From Candidatus Borrarchaeum weybense (GTDB lineage Archaea > Asgardarchaeota > Sifarchaeia > Borrarchaeales > Borrarchaeaceae): a DNA stretch of 64,000 nucleotides. Below, in pieces: positions 39,376 through 49,477 of this stretch. The notes below the pieces were generated by a model, which was not told where the DNA came from, did no database searches, and worked only from the letters and a program-made list of their open reading frames with translations. Within the stretch, counting starts at the first letter, position 1. Each line of letters begins with the position of its first letter. The translations under genes and the position numbers were made by a program. The stretch is taken from assembly GCA_019057385.1 (NCBI GenBank), contig JAHQJS010000004.1, forward strand, positions 514,118 through 578,117, in the 5' to 3' direction.

Positions 39376-41004
39376 ATGACTAACAAAAATCCTGACCTTA
39401 CGGAGTTTGAACGATTAGAGAAGGCACTTAAAGAGAGTGAAAAGAAGTATCGCTCACTTTTTGAAGATTCCAAAGATGCAATTTATTTTACTACGCGAGA
39501 GGGCACGGTTGTCGACGCCAACAAGGCTGCGATGGATTTGTTTGGATATACTAAAGAAGACCTACTCCATGTGAATGTTATAGATACGTATGAAAATCCA
39601 GCTGATAGGCTTAAGTTTCAGCAAGAAATAGAGGAAAAGGGTGCGGTTAGAGACTATGAGGTAAGGCTTCATGGGAAGAATGGGAAGGTGCATGCCTGCC
39701 TGCTGACTACGACTGTGTGGAGGGGCAATGATGGAAGCATCCTAGGATATCAGGGAATCATCCGCGATATTACCGAGCAAAAGAGGCTTGATAAGGCATT
39801 AAGGGAATCGGAAGAAAAACTCAGAGACCATGCCGAAAACCTAGAAAAACTTGTTGAAGAAAGAACTTTGGAACTTAGGGATTCAGAGGAACGCTATCGA
39901 GGGTTATATGACTCATCCATAGACGGTATTGCCTCTACGAATATGGATGGAAACATTATAGAGTGCAATCAAGCCTTTTCTGATATGTTTGGCTATCCTA
40001 AGGCAGAAATTAAACGAATGAATTATCTAGAATTCATTCCTGGTAAATGGCGAGACATTGTCGCACGAATCATTAGCGAACAAATACTCCCAAGGGGGTT
40101 TTCAGACGTACTTGAAATAGAAGGCTGCAAAAGAGACGGACTAATCTTTCCTGCCTCTGCAAGAATATGGGTCATTAAGGATGAAGACAGCAGGCCTGCT
40201 AGAATGTGGATTCTTGTCCGTGATATTACAGAACGAAAAAAACTGGAAGGGAAACTGAAAGCATATACTGAAAAACTCAAAAGACTTGATGAAGAGCGAG
40301 CTGAAGAACTGAGACGAAAAACTGTAGAACTTGAAGCCCTCAACAAAGAACTTGAGGCTTTCAGTTATTCTGTGTCGCATGACCTGCGTGCACCTCTTAG
40401 GAGTATTGACGGTTTCAGCAAAGCGTTATTAGACGACTATATAGACGTATTAGATGCAGAAGGAAGTGATTATCTTCAACGAGTTCGTAAGGCGACCAAA
40501 CGAATGGCAGAAATCATAGATGAGTTACTGGCATTGGCAAGGGTTACACGTACCGAAATGCACCGTGAGAAAGTTGATCTAAGTAAAATGGTGCAGGAAA
40601 TTTTGACAGAACTACAAGAATCACAACCAGAACGTCAGGTAGAGTTCATTGTTGCGCCAGGATTGGTAGCGGATGGTGATGCGAGACTTCTCAGCTTAGT
40701 TTTTGATAATCTTCTAGGAAATGCTTGGAAGTTTACTGGAAATAAGTCAAATGCAGAGATAGAATTCGGAGTTACTTGGAAAGGGATCGATAGGGTGTTT
40801 TTTGTACGAGATAATGGAGCAGGTTTCAATATGGAATATGCAAACAAGTTATTTGGAGCTTTCCAGCGTCTTCACTCACCAGAAGAGTTCCCAGGAATCG
40901 GCGTTGGACTAGCTACCGTGAAACGCATTATTAATCGTCATGGAGGCCGTGTATGGGCTGAAGGCGAGGTGGGTAAAGGCGCAAGTTTCTATTTTACTCT
41001 ATAA
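39376..41004 (+). CDS. PAS-domain sensor histidine kinase
   Basis: Two PAS modules, the H-box FSYSVSHDLRAPL, and the N, G1 and G2 boxes (LLGNAWKF, DNGAGF, GIGVGL). Confidence 0.9.
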   Translation: MTNKNPDLTEFERLEKALKESEKKYRSLFEDSKDAIYFTTREGTVVDANKAAMDLFGYTKEDLLHVNVIDTYENPADRLKFQQEIEEKGAVRDYEVRLHGKNGKVHACLLTTTVWRGNDGSILGYQGIIRDITEQKRLDKALRESEEKLRDHAENLEKLVEERTLELRDSEERYRGLYDSSIDGIASTNMDGNIIECNQAFSDMFGYPKAEIKRMNYLEFIPGKWRDIVARIISEQILPRGFSDVLEIEGCKRDGLIFPASARIWVIKDEDSRPARMWILVRDITERKKLEGKLKAYTEKLKRLDEERAEELRRKTVELEALNKELEAFSYSVSHDLRAPLRSIDGFSKALLDDYIDVLDAEGSDYLQRVRKATKRMAEIIDELLALARVTRTEMHREKVDLSKMVQEILTELQESQPERQVEFIVAPGLVADGDARLLSLVFDNLLGNAWKFTGNKSNAEIEFGVTWKGIDRVFFVRDNGAGFNMEYANKLFGAFQRLHSPEEFPGIGVGLATVKRIINRHGGRVWAEGEVGKGASFYFTL

Positions 41005-41022
41005 TTAAATGGAGGAAAAAGT

Positions 41023-41472
41023 ATGGATAAAGAAATAATCCTTTTAGTGGAAGATAATCCAGATGATGTACTTTTGACCAAGAGAGCATTCAAGAAAAGT
41101 AATATTTTAAACGAATTGGTAGTAGCTAACGACGGTGTTGAAGCATTGGATTATCTTTTTGGTACTGGCGCCTATAAGGGTCGGGATTTGAGCATTATGC
41201 CAGTACTTATTCTACTGGATCTAAGATTGCCTAAACTTGATGGTATAGATGTACTAAGGCGAATTAGAGATGATGAGAGAACAAAACTTATTCCTGTAGT
41301 TATTCTAACTACTTCAAAAGAACAAAAGGACTTAATTGAAAGTTATAGCCTTGGTGCCAACAGTTACATTCCCAAACCAGTAGATTTTGACCAATTTGTT
41401 CTAGCAGTGCGTCAACTGGGATTATACTGGGTACTTTTAAATGAACCGCCACCAGTAATAAGGAGGGATTAA
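41023..41472 (+). CDS. Single-domain response regulator (CheY-like receiver)
   Basis: VEDNPDD, the phospho-acceptor LLDLRLPKLDG, and SYIPKP. Confidence 0.9.
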   Translation: MDKEIILLVEDNPDDVLLTKRAFKKSNILNELVVANDGVEALDYLFGTGAYKGRDLSIMPVLILLDLRLPKLDGIDVLRRIRDDERTKLIPVVILTTSKEQKDLIESYSLGANSYIPKPVDFDQFVLAVRQLGLYWVLLNEPPPVIRRD

Positions 41473-43089
41473 ATGGGATTACCGCTCCGCGTTTTGATAG
41501 TTGAAGATTCAGAAGATGATGCTACATTATTGGTGCGTGAACTAAGGCGCGGAGGATATGAACCGACCTTTGTACGAGTGGATACACCTGACGCTATGAA
41601 GTCTGCACTCACTAACCAAACATGGGATATTGTTATCTCTGACTATGTTATGCCGAAATTCAGCGGTATCGCTGCTTTGAAACTATTTCAAGAAAGTGGA
41701 ATCGACTTACCATTCATTATCATGTCAGGCAAGATCGGGGAGGATTTTGCGGTAGAAGCTATGAAAGCTGGTGCTCATGACTATATCGTAAAAGGTAAAA
41801 CGGCGCGACTTATTCCCGCAATTCAAAGGGAGATGCGAGAGGCAGAGGTGAGAAGGGGACGTAAACGGGCTGAAGTTGCTTTGGAAGAGATCGCAAGGAG
41901 ATTTCGAAGAACATTTGAAGCTATTCCTGATCCTGCATACCTCTGGGGGCGACAATCAGATTGGCGCATAATTTTAACTCAGGCTAACAAGGCAGCCTAT
42001 GATTTGACAGAAGGTGAAATCGGAGATTTTATCGGTACTGAGGTGGAGAAGTTATATCATGGAATGGTAGAGAAACTCAATCTTGCAATGGACACCGGAA
42101 AAACTCAAAGAGAGGAAATGTTCCTTAAACTCCCTACTGGAGAGGAAAGATGGTTTCTTGTTGATCACGCGAAAACTGATGAAGATAGTGTTCTGACAAT
42201 CACTAAGGACATTACTGATCACAAGAAAGCTGACCAAGCTCTTCGTGAGAGCGAAGAACGATACAGGTCACTATTTGAAGATTCCAGAGATGCGATCTAT
42301 ATTATTACGCGAGATGGTTATTATATCGACGTAAACCAATCTTTTGTGGAACTCTCTGGATACACGAAGGAAGAAATACTTAAACTCAACGTCTTGGAAT
42401 TTTATGTTAATCCCGCTGACAGACTTAGATTTCAACACGAAATTGAACGCAATGGATCTGTTAGAGATTTTGAAGTCAAGTTTCGTAAGAAGGATGGAAC
42501 AGAAATTAATAGCCTACTCTCTTCAACTGTAAGGACGGACAGTGACGGAAGTGTTCTGGGATATCAGGGCATTGTTCGTGACATTACCGAGCGCAAAAAA
42601 GCTGAAGAGGCACTTCTTGAGAGTGAAGAAAGATATCGTTCCATTTTTGAAGCATCAAGAGACATGGTCTATATCAGAACCAAAGAGGGAAATTTTGTAG
42701 ACATAAACCCAGCTGGGTTGAAAATGTTTGGCTACACCAAAGAAGAAATGCTTAATTTGAATGTCATGGAACTTTATGTTGACCCTGCAGATCGAATCAA
42801 GTTTCAGCAAGAAATAGAGCGAAATGGGGCAGTCAAGAACTTTGAAGTGAAACTCCGAAAGAAAGATGGGACTGAAATAGAATGTCTGGCTACTTCGACT
42901 GTGAGATTGGACAGAGATGCCAATATATTGGGATATCAGGGCATCGTTCGTGATATTACCGAAAGTAAGCAAGAAGAAGAAAAGATGAAACGATATACTA
43001 AAGATCTTGAAAGGATCGTTGACGAGAGAACGGGAGATTTAAAGGAAGTGCAAAGACTGTTGTATAATATTTACTATAAACTATCCTAA
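41473..43089 (+). CDS. Response regulator with a receiver domain and multiple PAS domains (no DNA-binding or kinase output)
   Basis: VEDSEDD and ISDYVMPKFSG mark the receiver domain. Three PAS-like modules follow; two are close paralogs of the first PAS in the kinase. Confidence 0.85.
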   Translation: MGLPLRVLIVEDSEDDATLLVRELRRGGYEPTFVRVDTPDAMKSALTNQTWDIVISDYVMPKFSGIAALKLFQESGIDLPFIIMSGKIGEDFAVEAMKAGAHDYIVKGKTARLIPAIQREMREAEVRRGRKRAEVALEEIARRFRRTFEAIPDPAYLWGRQSDWRIILTQANKAAYDLTEGEIGDFIGTEVEKLYHGMVEKLNLAMDTGKTQREEMFLKLPTGEERWFLVDHAKTDEDSVLTITKDITDHKKADQALRESEERYRSLFEDSRDAIYIITRDGYYIDVNQSFVELSGYTKEEILKLNVLEFYVNPADRLRFQHEIERNGSVRDFEVKFRKKDGTEINSLLSSTVRTDSDGSVLGYQGIVRDITERKKAEEALLESEERYRSIFEASRDMVYIRTKEGNFVDINPAGLKMFGYTKEEMLNLNVMELYVDPADRIKFQQEIERNGAVKNFEVKLRKKDGTEIECLATSTVRLDRDANILGYQGIVRDITESKQEEEKMKRYTKDLERIVDERTGDLKEVQRLLYNIYYKLS

Positions 43090-43300
43090 GTTTTTTTAAT
43101 ATCAACATTGATGAACCTGAATGGCTGTTATAGTTCACTTATCAATTAAGCTCATTTAGTTTTTTTTAAAGGCCACCAACTCTGCAGGATTCTTGCCATC
43201 ACATACAGAATTCGACTCTCTAAAGATTATATGAAAAGTATAAAAGTACGGAAAACGCACAGTATCTTTTTGTCATAATTATACATTACTAATTGTAAAT

Positions 43301-43831
43301 TTGGAGGGGAAATATATGGCAGAAATATTAGAAGAAATCCCTGCTGAGACTAAGTGGGCAATAACCTCTAATGTCTTAGCCAGTGCCTTAGTAGTACGAG
43401 GAGAAAAGGTCATAGCACCTGTTTTGGGAAAATTAAAATGGCTAGAGATAAACAATGAAGTCTATGGTGAAGGCGGTAAACTTATGTTTCCACAGATTAA
43501 AGAAGAATTTAAATTTCCAGTAGGAGATGCAACAGAAGCCGCTAAATTTGCCATGCTCGCCTTAATGTTGCTGATGGGACCTGAAACAGAAAGTGAACTG
43601 ATCGAGGCAACGCCTGAAAGAGCTGTAGTCAAGACAACAAAATGTCCATTTTGGGAAAGATATCAGGAGAATGAGGTAAATCCTGAGCTTATCCCATGCG
43701 AAATAGGACATCAGGCGTTTTGTGAAGAAGGATTTAAGACAATAAATCCCAACATAACTTTCAAACTTGTTAAGGCACGACCAAGCGGAGAATCATACTG
43801 CGAAGGGATCTACGAGTTTAAGGCAGAGTAA
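43301..43831 (+). CDS. Hypothetical Cys-containing protein, possibly ATC-hydrolase-like (PF14196-like)
   Basis: TKCPFWERY...CEIGHQAFCEEGFKTINPNITF...GESYCEGIYEF. A more likely start is MAEILEE at 43316. Confidence 0.35.
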   Translation: MEGKYMAEILEEIPAETKWAITSNVLASALVVRGEKVIAPVLGKLKWLEINNEVYGEGGKLMFPQIKEEFKFPVGDATEAAKFAMLALMLLMGPETESELIEATPERAVVKTTKCPFWERYQENEVNPELIPCEIGHQAFCEEGFKTINPNITFKLVKARPSGESYCEGIYEFKAE

Positions 43832-43886
43832 ACCTTTAACTTTATGAATTTAATCAGTTAATAATGGCAGAGGGAATGATTAGGCT

Positions 43887-45047
43887 ATGGAAAACAATTT
43901 TGTGGTGATTAGAGGCGAAAAATATTACGTAAAAAACGGCATGCTAAACCTTAGCAGGAAAGAAATTACTGATCTCACAGAGATCAAGGGATTGGAGTCC
44001 CTGACTAATCTCCAAGAACTTACTCTTAGTTGGAATCAGATAGAAGATACCGAGGGATTAGAAAAAGTCACGAGTCTCCAACGACTAGACCTTACTGGGA
44101 ATCAAATCAAAGAGATCAGCGGATTGGGACATCTCAAGACACTCCAGATGTTATTTCTTGGACATAATCAGATAGAGGAACTTAGTGGACTGGAACGTCT
44201 ATCTAACCTACAAAAACTAGAACTTTTCGATAACCCGATCAAAGAAGAAGAAAGAGTCTTACTAGAACGCCGTGCGCAGGATATTGTGAAATACACTCAA
44301 GAAAAAGCAGAAGGAAAAGCAGATATAGGATGTGTGACATTTCAAGGGGAACTTCATTATGTAAAAGATGGCATTTTGAATCTATACAAGAAAAGAATTA
44401 CTGATATCTCTGAAATTGGGGGGTTGGAGCACCTTTCTAATCTTAAGGAATTACATCTTCATAATAGTTTCATTGAGGAAATCAAAGGATTGGAGCATTT
44501 AACCAACCTGCAGGAATTAGACCTTCGCTGGAATCAGATCGGAGAAATCAAGGGATTGGAAAACCTCACTAATCTCAAAGCACTACACCTTGATCGCAAT
44601 CAAATCAAAGAGATTGCAGGATTAGATAATCTTACTAATCTCCAACACATTTGTCTAAGTAATAATTTAATAAAAGAGATCAAGGGATTAGAGCACCTCT
44701 CTAATCTTAAAATATTATGTCTGCATGATAACTATATAGAAGAGATCAAGGGATTAGAAAATCTCAAAAATCTAGAAAAATTAAGCATTGGTAATAAGAT
44801 ACGAGAAATCAACGGATTGGACCCCCTCACTAATCTCAAAGAATTAAGTCTTTGGAATAATCAGATAAAAGAGATCAATGGTTTGGAATCGCTCGCTAAT
44901 CTCCAAGAACTTAATCTTCGAGGAAATCTATTAAGAGGCTATGAAAGAGAGTTAATTGCACGAGATGCTCAAGAAATTGTGAGTTACTGTCAAGAAAAGG
45001 CAAAAAAGGATAAGCCTGGATTACTAAAGAGGCTATTTGCGTACTAG
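43887..45047 (+). CDS. Leucine-rich repeat protein (two blocks of 22-residue LRRs)
   Basis: Repeats of the form LxxLxxLxLxxNxIxEIxGLE recur. Each block starts with a similar YYVKNGMLNL/HYVKDGILNL cap. Confidence 0.85.
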   Translation: MENNFVVIRGEKYYVKNGMLNLSRKEITDLTEIKGLESLTNLQELTLSWNQIEDTEGLEKVTSLQRLDLTGNQIKEISGLGHLKTLQMLFLGHNQIEELSGLERLSNLQKLELFDNPIKEEERVLLERRAQDIVKYTQEKAEGKADIGCVTFQGELHYVKDGILNLYKKRITDISEIGGLEHLSNLKELHLHNSFIEEIKGLEHLTNLQELDLRWNQIGEIKGLENLTNLKALHLDRNQIKEIAGLDNLTNLQHICLSNNLIKEIKGLEHLSNLKILCLHDNYIEEIKGLENLKNLEKLSIGNKIREINGLDPLTNLKELSLWNNQIKEINGLESLANLQELNLRGNLLRGYERELIARDAQEIVSYCQEKAKKDKPGLLKRLFAY

Positions 45048-45195
45048 AATGAATTAAAGTAAGTATTACACAAAAGAGCAGTATTTATTATCCCAGGATT
45101 TAGTGTTCTAAGAATTTTTTCTTTTATATTCAACAATTCTCGAAAACCTGCTATAAGGTGATTACCTGAAATCCTCCGCATATATTTTCGTCAAT

Positions 45196-46797
45196 TTGAG
45201 TCCTGAAGTAGGCGAAGATTCTCTGGAAGATCTAAGAAATTTGAAAATAGTCCGAGAAGTTTCACTTATTCTTGAGCCCTTTGATTTGGTAATCAAAGTC
45301 GAGGGGGAAAATAAACAGGAAATTGATGCTTTTGTAAGCAATTTGAAAGAGATGCATGGCTTTAAAGAAATCTTGTTGTCACCAACTCTTAAAACACTAA
45401 AGAGAAAAGCTGGAACAAGACGGATCGACATGGCGGAGTTGTCCCTTAGGGAACGCATAACCTCTTTTGATGAAGTTTTAAGAGGTTACACAAAAGAAGA
45501 AGCTATAGAAGAAGCAAAACGTTGCCTTCGTTGTAAAAAACCGTCTTGTGAAAAGGGATGCCTTTTAGATCTTCCTATTTCTTCCTATCAAGAAGATTAT
45601 GATGCACGTGGTTTTGTGGGTCTTATAACTGAAGAGCGGTTTGAGGAGGCGTACCGTCTTATACTAACTAAGTGTGCATTACCTGCCACACTTGGGCGAA
45701 TATGCCCTCATCCTTGCGAAGATAACTGTCTCTTAGGAAAAAAGGGAGACCCCCTCGCTATATGTAGACTTAAGCGATTCGTTGCCGATTATATATATGA
45801 ACAAGAAAAACTAATGAAAGCGAATACGCGAGATTTTTATGCTGAGTTAATTAAAGGAATTGAAAAAAAAGATCAACGAGTTGCAATTATTGGATCTGGA
45901 CCTGCTGGATTAGAAGTAGCCTATGAGCTTATAAGATTAGGTTATGGTGTAACTATTTTTGATAAAATGCATGCTTTAGGAGGCATGTTATATTGGGAAC
46001 TTCCTTATTATCGCTTACCAAAAACTGTGCTTCAGAAAGAGATCAGTAATTTGCTGAGTCTTGGTATTGAGACAAGGTCTCAAATACGAATCGGTAACAT
46101 GGATGATCTCTTCACACAAGGCTATGCTGCTGTTTTTATTGGTGTAGGTGCCCCTATTCCAAGAAAACTGGGAATTCCGGGAGAAGATTTAGAAGGAGTA
46201 TATCCTGGCGAACTGTTTTTAAAAGATGTGAATCTAGGGAAAGAAGTTGATTTTACAGGAAAGAAAGTAGTTGTAGCGGGCGGCGGGAATACAGCAATAG
46301 ATTCCGTAAGAACAGCATTACGGCTTGGAGCAAAAAAAGTATCTCTTGTTTATCGAAGAAGCCGACGTGAAATGCCTGGCCATGTACATGAAATTATAGA
46401 GGCTGAAAAGGAAGGAATTCTCTTCTATTTTCTTGCCTCACCAGTACGTCTCATGGGAGATAACAAACTTGAAATGGTTGAATGCGTTCGAATGAAACTT
46501 GTGGAGACCGATGAGAGCGGAAGAAGACGTCCTATTCCAATTGAACATTCTGAATTTCTGTTAGAAACAGATGTGTTTATACCCGCAATTGGAAGAACTC
46601 CTGATACTGGATGGTTAAGTGACATAAAACTAACAAAATGGGATACCATCGTAGTAGATGAAAATGGTGCCACGTCATTGATAGGAGTATTTGCTGGCGG
46701 AGATGTAGTTAATGGTGCTTCAACATCCGGAGAAGCAATGGCAAGTGGAAAAATAGCAGCACAAGGCATTCATGCGTATCTTCAACAAAAATCTTAA
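45196..46797 (+). CDS. GltD/SudA-like NAD(P)H-dependent FAD/Fe-S oxidoreductase with an N-terminal Lrp/AsnC-type RAM-like segment
   Basis: CLRCKKPSCEKGC and CPHPCEDNC are Fe-S motifs. IIGSGPAGL and VVVAGGGNTAID are dinucleotide folds. The N-terminal LRNLKIVREVSLILEPFDLVIKVEG resembles a RAM domain. Confidence 0.75.
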   Translation: MSPEVGEDSLEDLRNLKIVREVSLILEPFDLVIKVEGENKQEIDAFVSNLKEMHGFKEILLSPTLKTLKRKAGTRRIDMAELSLRERITSFDEVLRGYTKEEAIEEAKRCLRCKKPSCEKGCLLDLPISSYQEDYDARGFVGLITEERFEEAYRLILTKCALPATLGRICPHPCEDNCLLGKKGDPLAICRLKRFVADYIYEQEKLMKANTRDFYAELIKGIEKKDQRVAIIGSGPAGLEVAYELIRLGYGVTIFDKMHALGGMLYWELPYYRLPKTVLQKEISNLLSLGIETRSQIRIGNMDDLFTQGYAAVFIGVGAPIPRKLGIPGEDLEGVYPGELFLKDVNLGKEVDFTGKKVVVAGGGNTAIDSVRTALRLGAKKVSLVYRRSRREMPGHVHEIIEAEKEGILFYFLASPVRLMGDNKLEMVECVRMKLVETDESGRRRPIPIEHSEFLLETDVFIPAIGRTPDTGWLSDIKLTKWDTIVVDENGATSLIGVFAGGDVVNGASTSGEAMASGKIAAQGIHAYLQQKS

Positions 46798-47071
46798 TTG
46801 AACGATCTAGTTACTTTTTTACATTTTGTTTTCATCCGTCTTTTATTTCTCTAAATTCGATGATAAATTCGCAATACTGATCTCCTCTTAGCATTGATTG
46901 ACCTCCAGTATATCAAAAGATTAATGAGTAAGTAAGATGAATTCCTCGCAATGTTAAGACTTTAGTAGCGTATCAAATCGCATTTGTCCATTCAAGAAAG
47001 TGTGAGCTACTTCTTGCAAGAAAGTATAAAAGTCATATCTTAGTATAACTTGGAGGTGGAGAGGACTCAAA

Positions 47072-48409
47072 GTGAGTGAAGTAGTTAAAAAAATCCCAAA
47101 GGCTTGTCATTATATCTATTTCCACATTGATGATGATAAAGAAATCAACGAAGTCTGGAATTATCTAACAAAAGAATATGAAAAAGACACAGATGGTGTA
47201 GTTTGCACACTAGAACCTACAGCAGATTCGACTATTTCCATTTCTCTTGCAACTGGAGATGAATACGGAGCATATCTCTCTTGTTTCGAAGATGTAGCTA
47301 CAATTGGAATGTTATTCTATTCAGAAGACACGACCCTGCAGGGCATAGACGATAAGAGAAATCAACTAGATAATTTATTGTCGTCTCAAATCGGTGAAGC
47401 AACTGTTCTGATAGTAGATAAAGAAGATCAACTTAAAGTTGCGAAGGAAAAGTTTTCAGAATTTGAATCTGTCGAAAGTGGACTATCTTTTGGAAAGTTG
47501 TACCATTTTTATGACGAAGACAGGGGTTTTTATTTCTGTCTTCCATTTGAAAAGGATCCACTTTTTGATTTTCTAGTGGAAGAACTGCCGCTCTTTGATG
47601 CAAGTTTTCAAAGTCTTGATAAGAAGGTTAAATACTTCCAAGATCAATTACGATTGATGGAACAAGAAAGGGTCGCAGCGGATAAATTTGTGAGTAAGTT
47701 GCTCTACGCCGGAATTGGGAAAAAAGAAACAGATGCGGAAAGAATTGACGTTTTAGAAAAAGAAATTGACGATCTATCACAACTTTATGAAAAAATTGCA
47801 AATTATACATATATGATTAAAAATGCGGTTCTTACCGTCAGAAATGACTTACTAAAGTTAGATGAAGGTTTAGCCTCGTTTTGTATTGAAAGAAGGTTGG
47901 AATCACAATATATCCAAATGAATAAAAAATTTCAGGATCGACTGGAAACAGAAGGAAGTCTTCTTTCTAACACTCTAACTGGCATTAAGACGGCGATCGA
48001 CATCGTTGACACAAAAGTGGGCCTTCAAAGGGGTAAGGAGAGCTTAACACTTCAACAACAAACCCAACATCTTCAAGAAGAAGGCACATCGATGCAAATG
48101 GCCACAAGTATGATTGAATTTGTGCTAGTATTCTTTTATTCGTTAGAATCGTGGGAAATACTGTCAAGTCATGAAATATTTTCTCTTATACCGGTTACGC
48201 TCAAAATAGGGCTCATCGGATCATGGGCGTTCATGGCAGTCATAGCCACACATTTCCTCGCAATGAGTTGGAGGGAAAACTGGAAATTAAATAAAGGTGT
48301 TGTAATTTCGTTTGCAATCCTGATTGCGATCCTAATATCCATAATCCTTATTACACAGTATTATGCCGGAGTAGCAGCACACGCAGCAGACGCAGCGAAT
48401 GGCCATTGA
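47072..48409 (+). CDS. Hypothetical protein with a coiled-coil middle region and 3 C-terminal TM helices
   Basis: ORF only. I recognised no motif. Confidence 0.45.
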   Translation: MSEVVKKIPKACHYIYFHIDDDKEINEVWNYLTKEYEKDTDGVVCTLEPTADSTISISLATGDEYGAYLSCFEDVATIGMLFYSEDTTLQGIDDKRNQLDNLLSSQIGEATVLIVDKEDQLKVAKEKFSEFESVESGLSFGKLYHFYDEDRGFYFCLPFEKDPLFDFLVEELPLFDASFQSLDKKVKYFQDQLRLMEQERVAADKFVSKLLYAGIGKKETDAERIDVLEKEIDDLSQLYEKIANYTYMIKNAVLTVRNDLLKLDEGLASFCIERRLESQYIQMNKKFQDRLETEGSLLSNTLTGIKTAIDIVDTKVGLQRGKESLTLQQQTQHLQEEGTSMQMATSMIEFVLVFFYSLESWEILSSHEIFSLIPVTLKIGLIGSWAFMAVIATHFLAMSWRENWKLNKGVVISFAILIAILISIILITQYYAGVAAHAADAANGH

Positions 48410-48730
48410 AGAAAAGAAAAGAGAATTGAAGAAAATTAGTTTTTACAGAAGTATGTAATGCTGGGTCCTTTTTTATTACTTCATTAGTTTTCAGGTCTTT
48501 GAACTTTTCCATTCCCTATTTACTTTATTGTAGTTCAAGGCCATCTGATGGACTCGCTAATACTTCTCATGCTATTACCTTGCGGACCTTTTACAGTTAG
48601 TCTTTTCATGTTTCACGTATACATTATACGATAAAACGTACAATCTTTTCCTTTAGACGTATTATTGCTCCACACAAAATATATAAGATCAAAGATATAT
48701 GTTCAAATGGATTTAGTAAACTATAGGAAA

Positions 48731-48860
48731 CTTGAACAAGGCGGAATGCTTCTCTTGTAGCGAGGGGAGCACGTTCTTGTGCATGAGACTGAACACGAGA
48801 GGTCTGACGCCTTCTAAGACGGGAATGGATGACAGGCAGGGGACGAAAAAGGTCAAAAAC
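48731..48860 (+). ncRNA. Structured RNA element, copy C (stand-alone locus, same family as copies A and B)
   Basis: It is the reverse complement of copy A apart from the compensatory hairpin. TATA-like AAAATATATAAG lies at 48677-48688 upstream, and a hairpin plus T7 lies downstream at 48905-48934. Confidence 0.7.
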
Positions 48861-48904
48861 ACGAACACGAAAAAGAAAAAAAGTTAGGTATATCTGTCCT
48901 TAAC

Positions 48905-48934
48905 AAGGTTGTTTTTACAAACAACCTTTTTTTA
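48905..48934 (+). terminator. Stem-loop AAGGTTGTTT/AAACAACCTT followed by T7
   Basis: A perfect 10-bp stem, a 4-nt loop and an oligo-T run on the plus strand. It also lies directly after the convergent minus-strand gene. Confidence 0.6.
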
Positions 48935-49168
48935 TTATTTCATCAGCTTTAAAGCAGCTAGCCTTCGTTTAAGTACCTTTTCATGTCCTTCTTCGTCTTT
49001 TGCTAATTGTTCAAAGAAAGCACGTGTTTCAGGGTCTTCCGCCATTTCTGCCGCCTTTTTATAATCTATTTGAGCCTGTCGTTCGTCTTTTATGGCTGCT
49101 TCAATTGTTTTGATAAGTTCTTCTTTAGCACTCAATTTTATCACTCCAGTAAATTCATCCCATATCAA
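48935..49168 (-). CDS. Small ferritin-like / rubrerythrin-domain protein
   Basis: AIKDERQAQIDYKKAAEMAEDPETRAFFEQLAKDEEGHEKVL contains an ExxH diiron-type helix pair. Confidence 0.55.
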   Translation of the reverse strand: MIWDEFTGVIKLSAKEELIKTIEAAIKDERQAQIDYKKAAEMAEDPETRAFFEQLAKDEEGHEKVLKRRLAALKLMK

Positions 49169-49396
49169 GTTTTTCGTTCTTTAGAATGTAAGAATGAGAA
49201 AAACAATTTTTTATTATGGACCTCACCTTTTTAAAATCTTTTTGATAGCGGTCTTAAGGCATTTTTTGAAATACTTCGCCCCCTCCAATGCCGCTAGTTT
49301 CTATGGATAATAGTGATCAAATATATGACTGGATGCCTCTTGCTTACTCGACTTTTAGAGAAATAAGTAATTACTGTGATCTTTGAAAAAGTATTT

Positions 49397-49418
49397 AAAA
49401 TTTACATATGTAAATTTT
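49397..49418. promoter_or_regulatory. Perfect 22-bp palindrome AAAATTTACATATGTAAATTTT upstream of korAB; candidate operator
   Basis: It lies 60 nt upstream of the korA ATG at 49478, within TATA-like AT-rich sequence. Confidence 0.45.
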
Positions 49419-49477
49419 ACATAGTTCAGCTTAACATATTCAACCAAGTGGAAAGACGTGATAAAAGGCGTAAAAAA

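Noticed and set aside
49376-49477. The N-terminal extension of korA proposed by the ORF track (MIFEKVFKIYICKFYIVQLNIF...).
   Set aside because: It shows no homology to KorA N-termini and it covers the palindromic operator and AT-rich promoter sequence. The conserved protein begins at the ATG at 49478.
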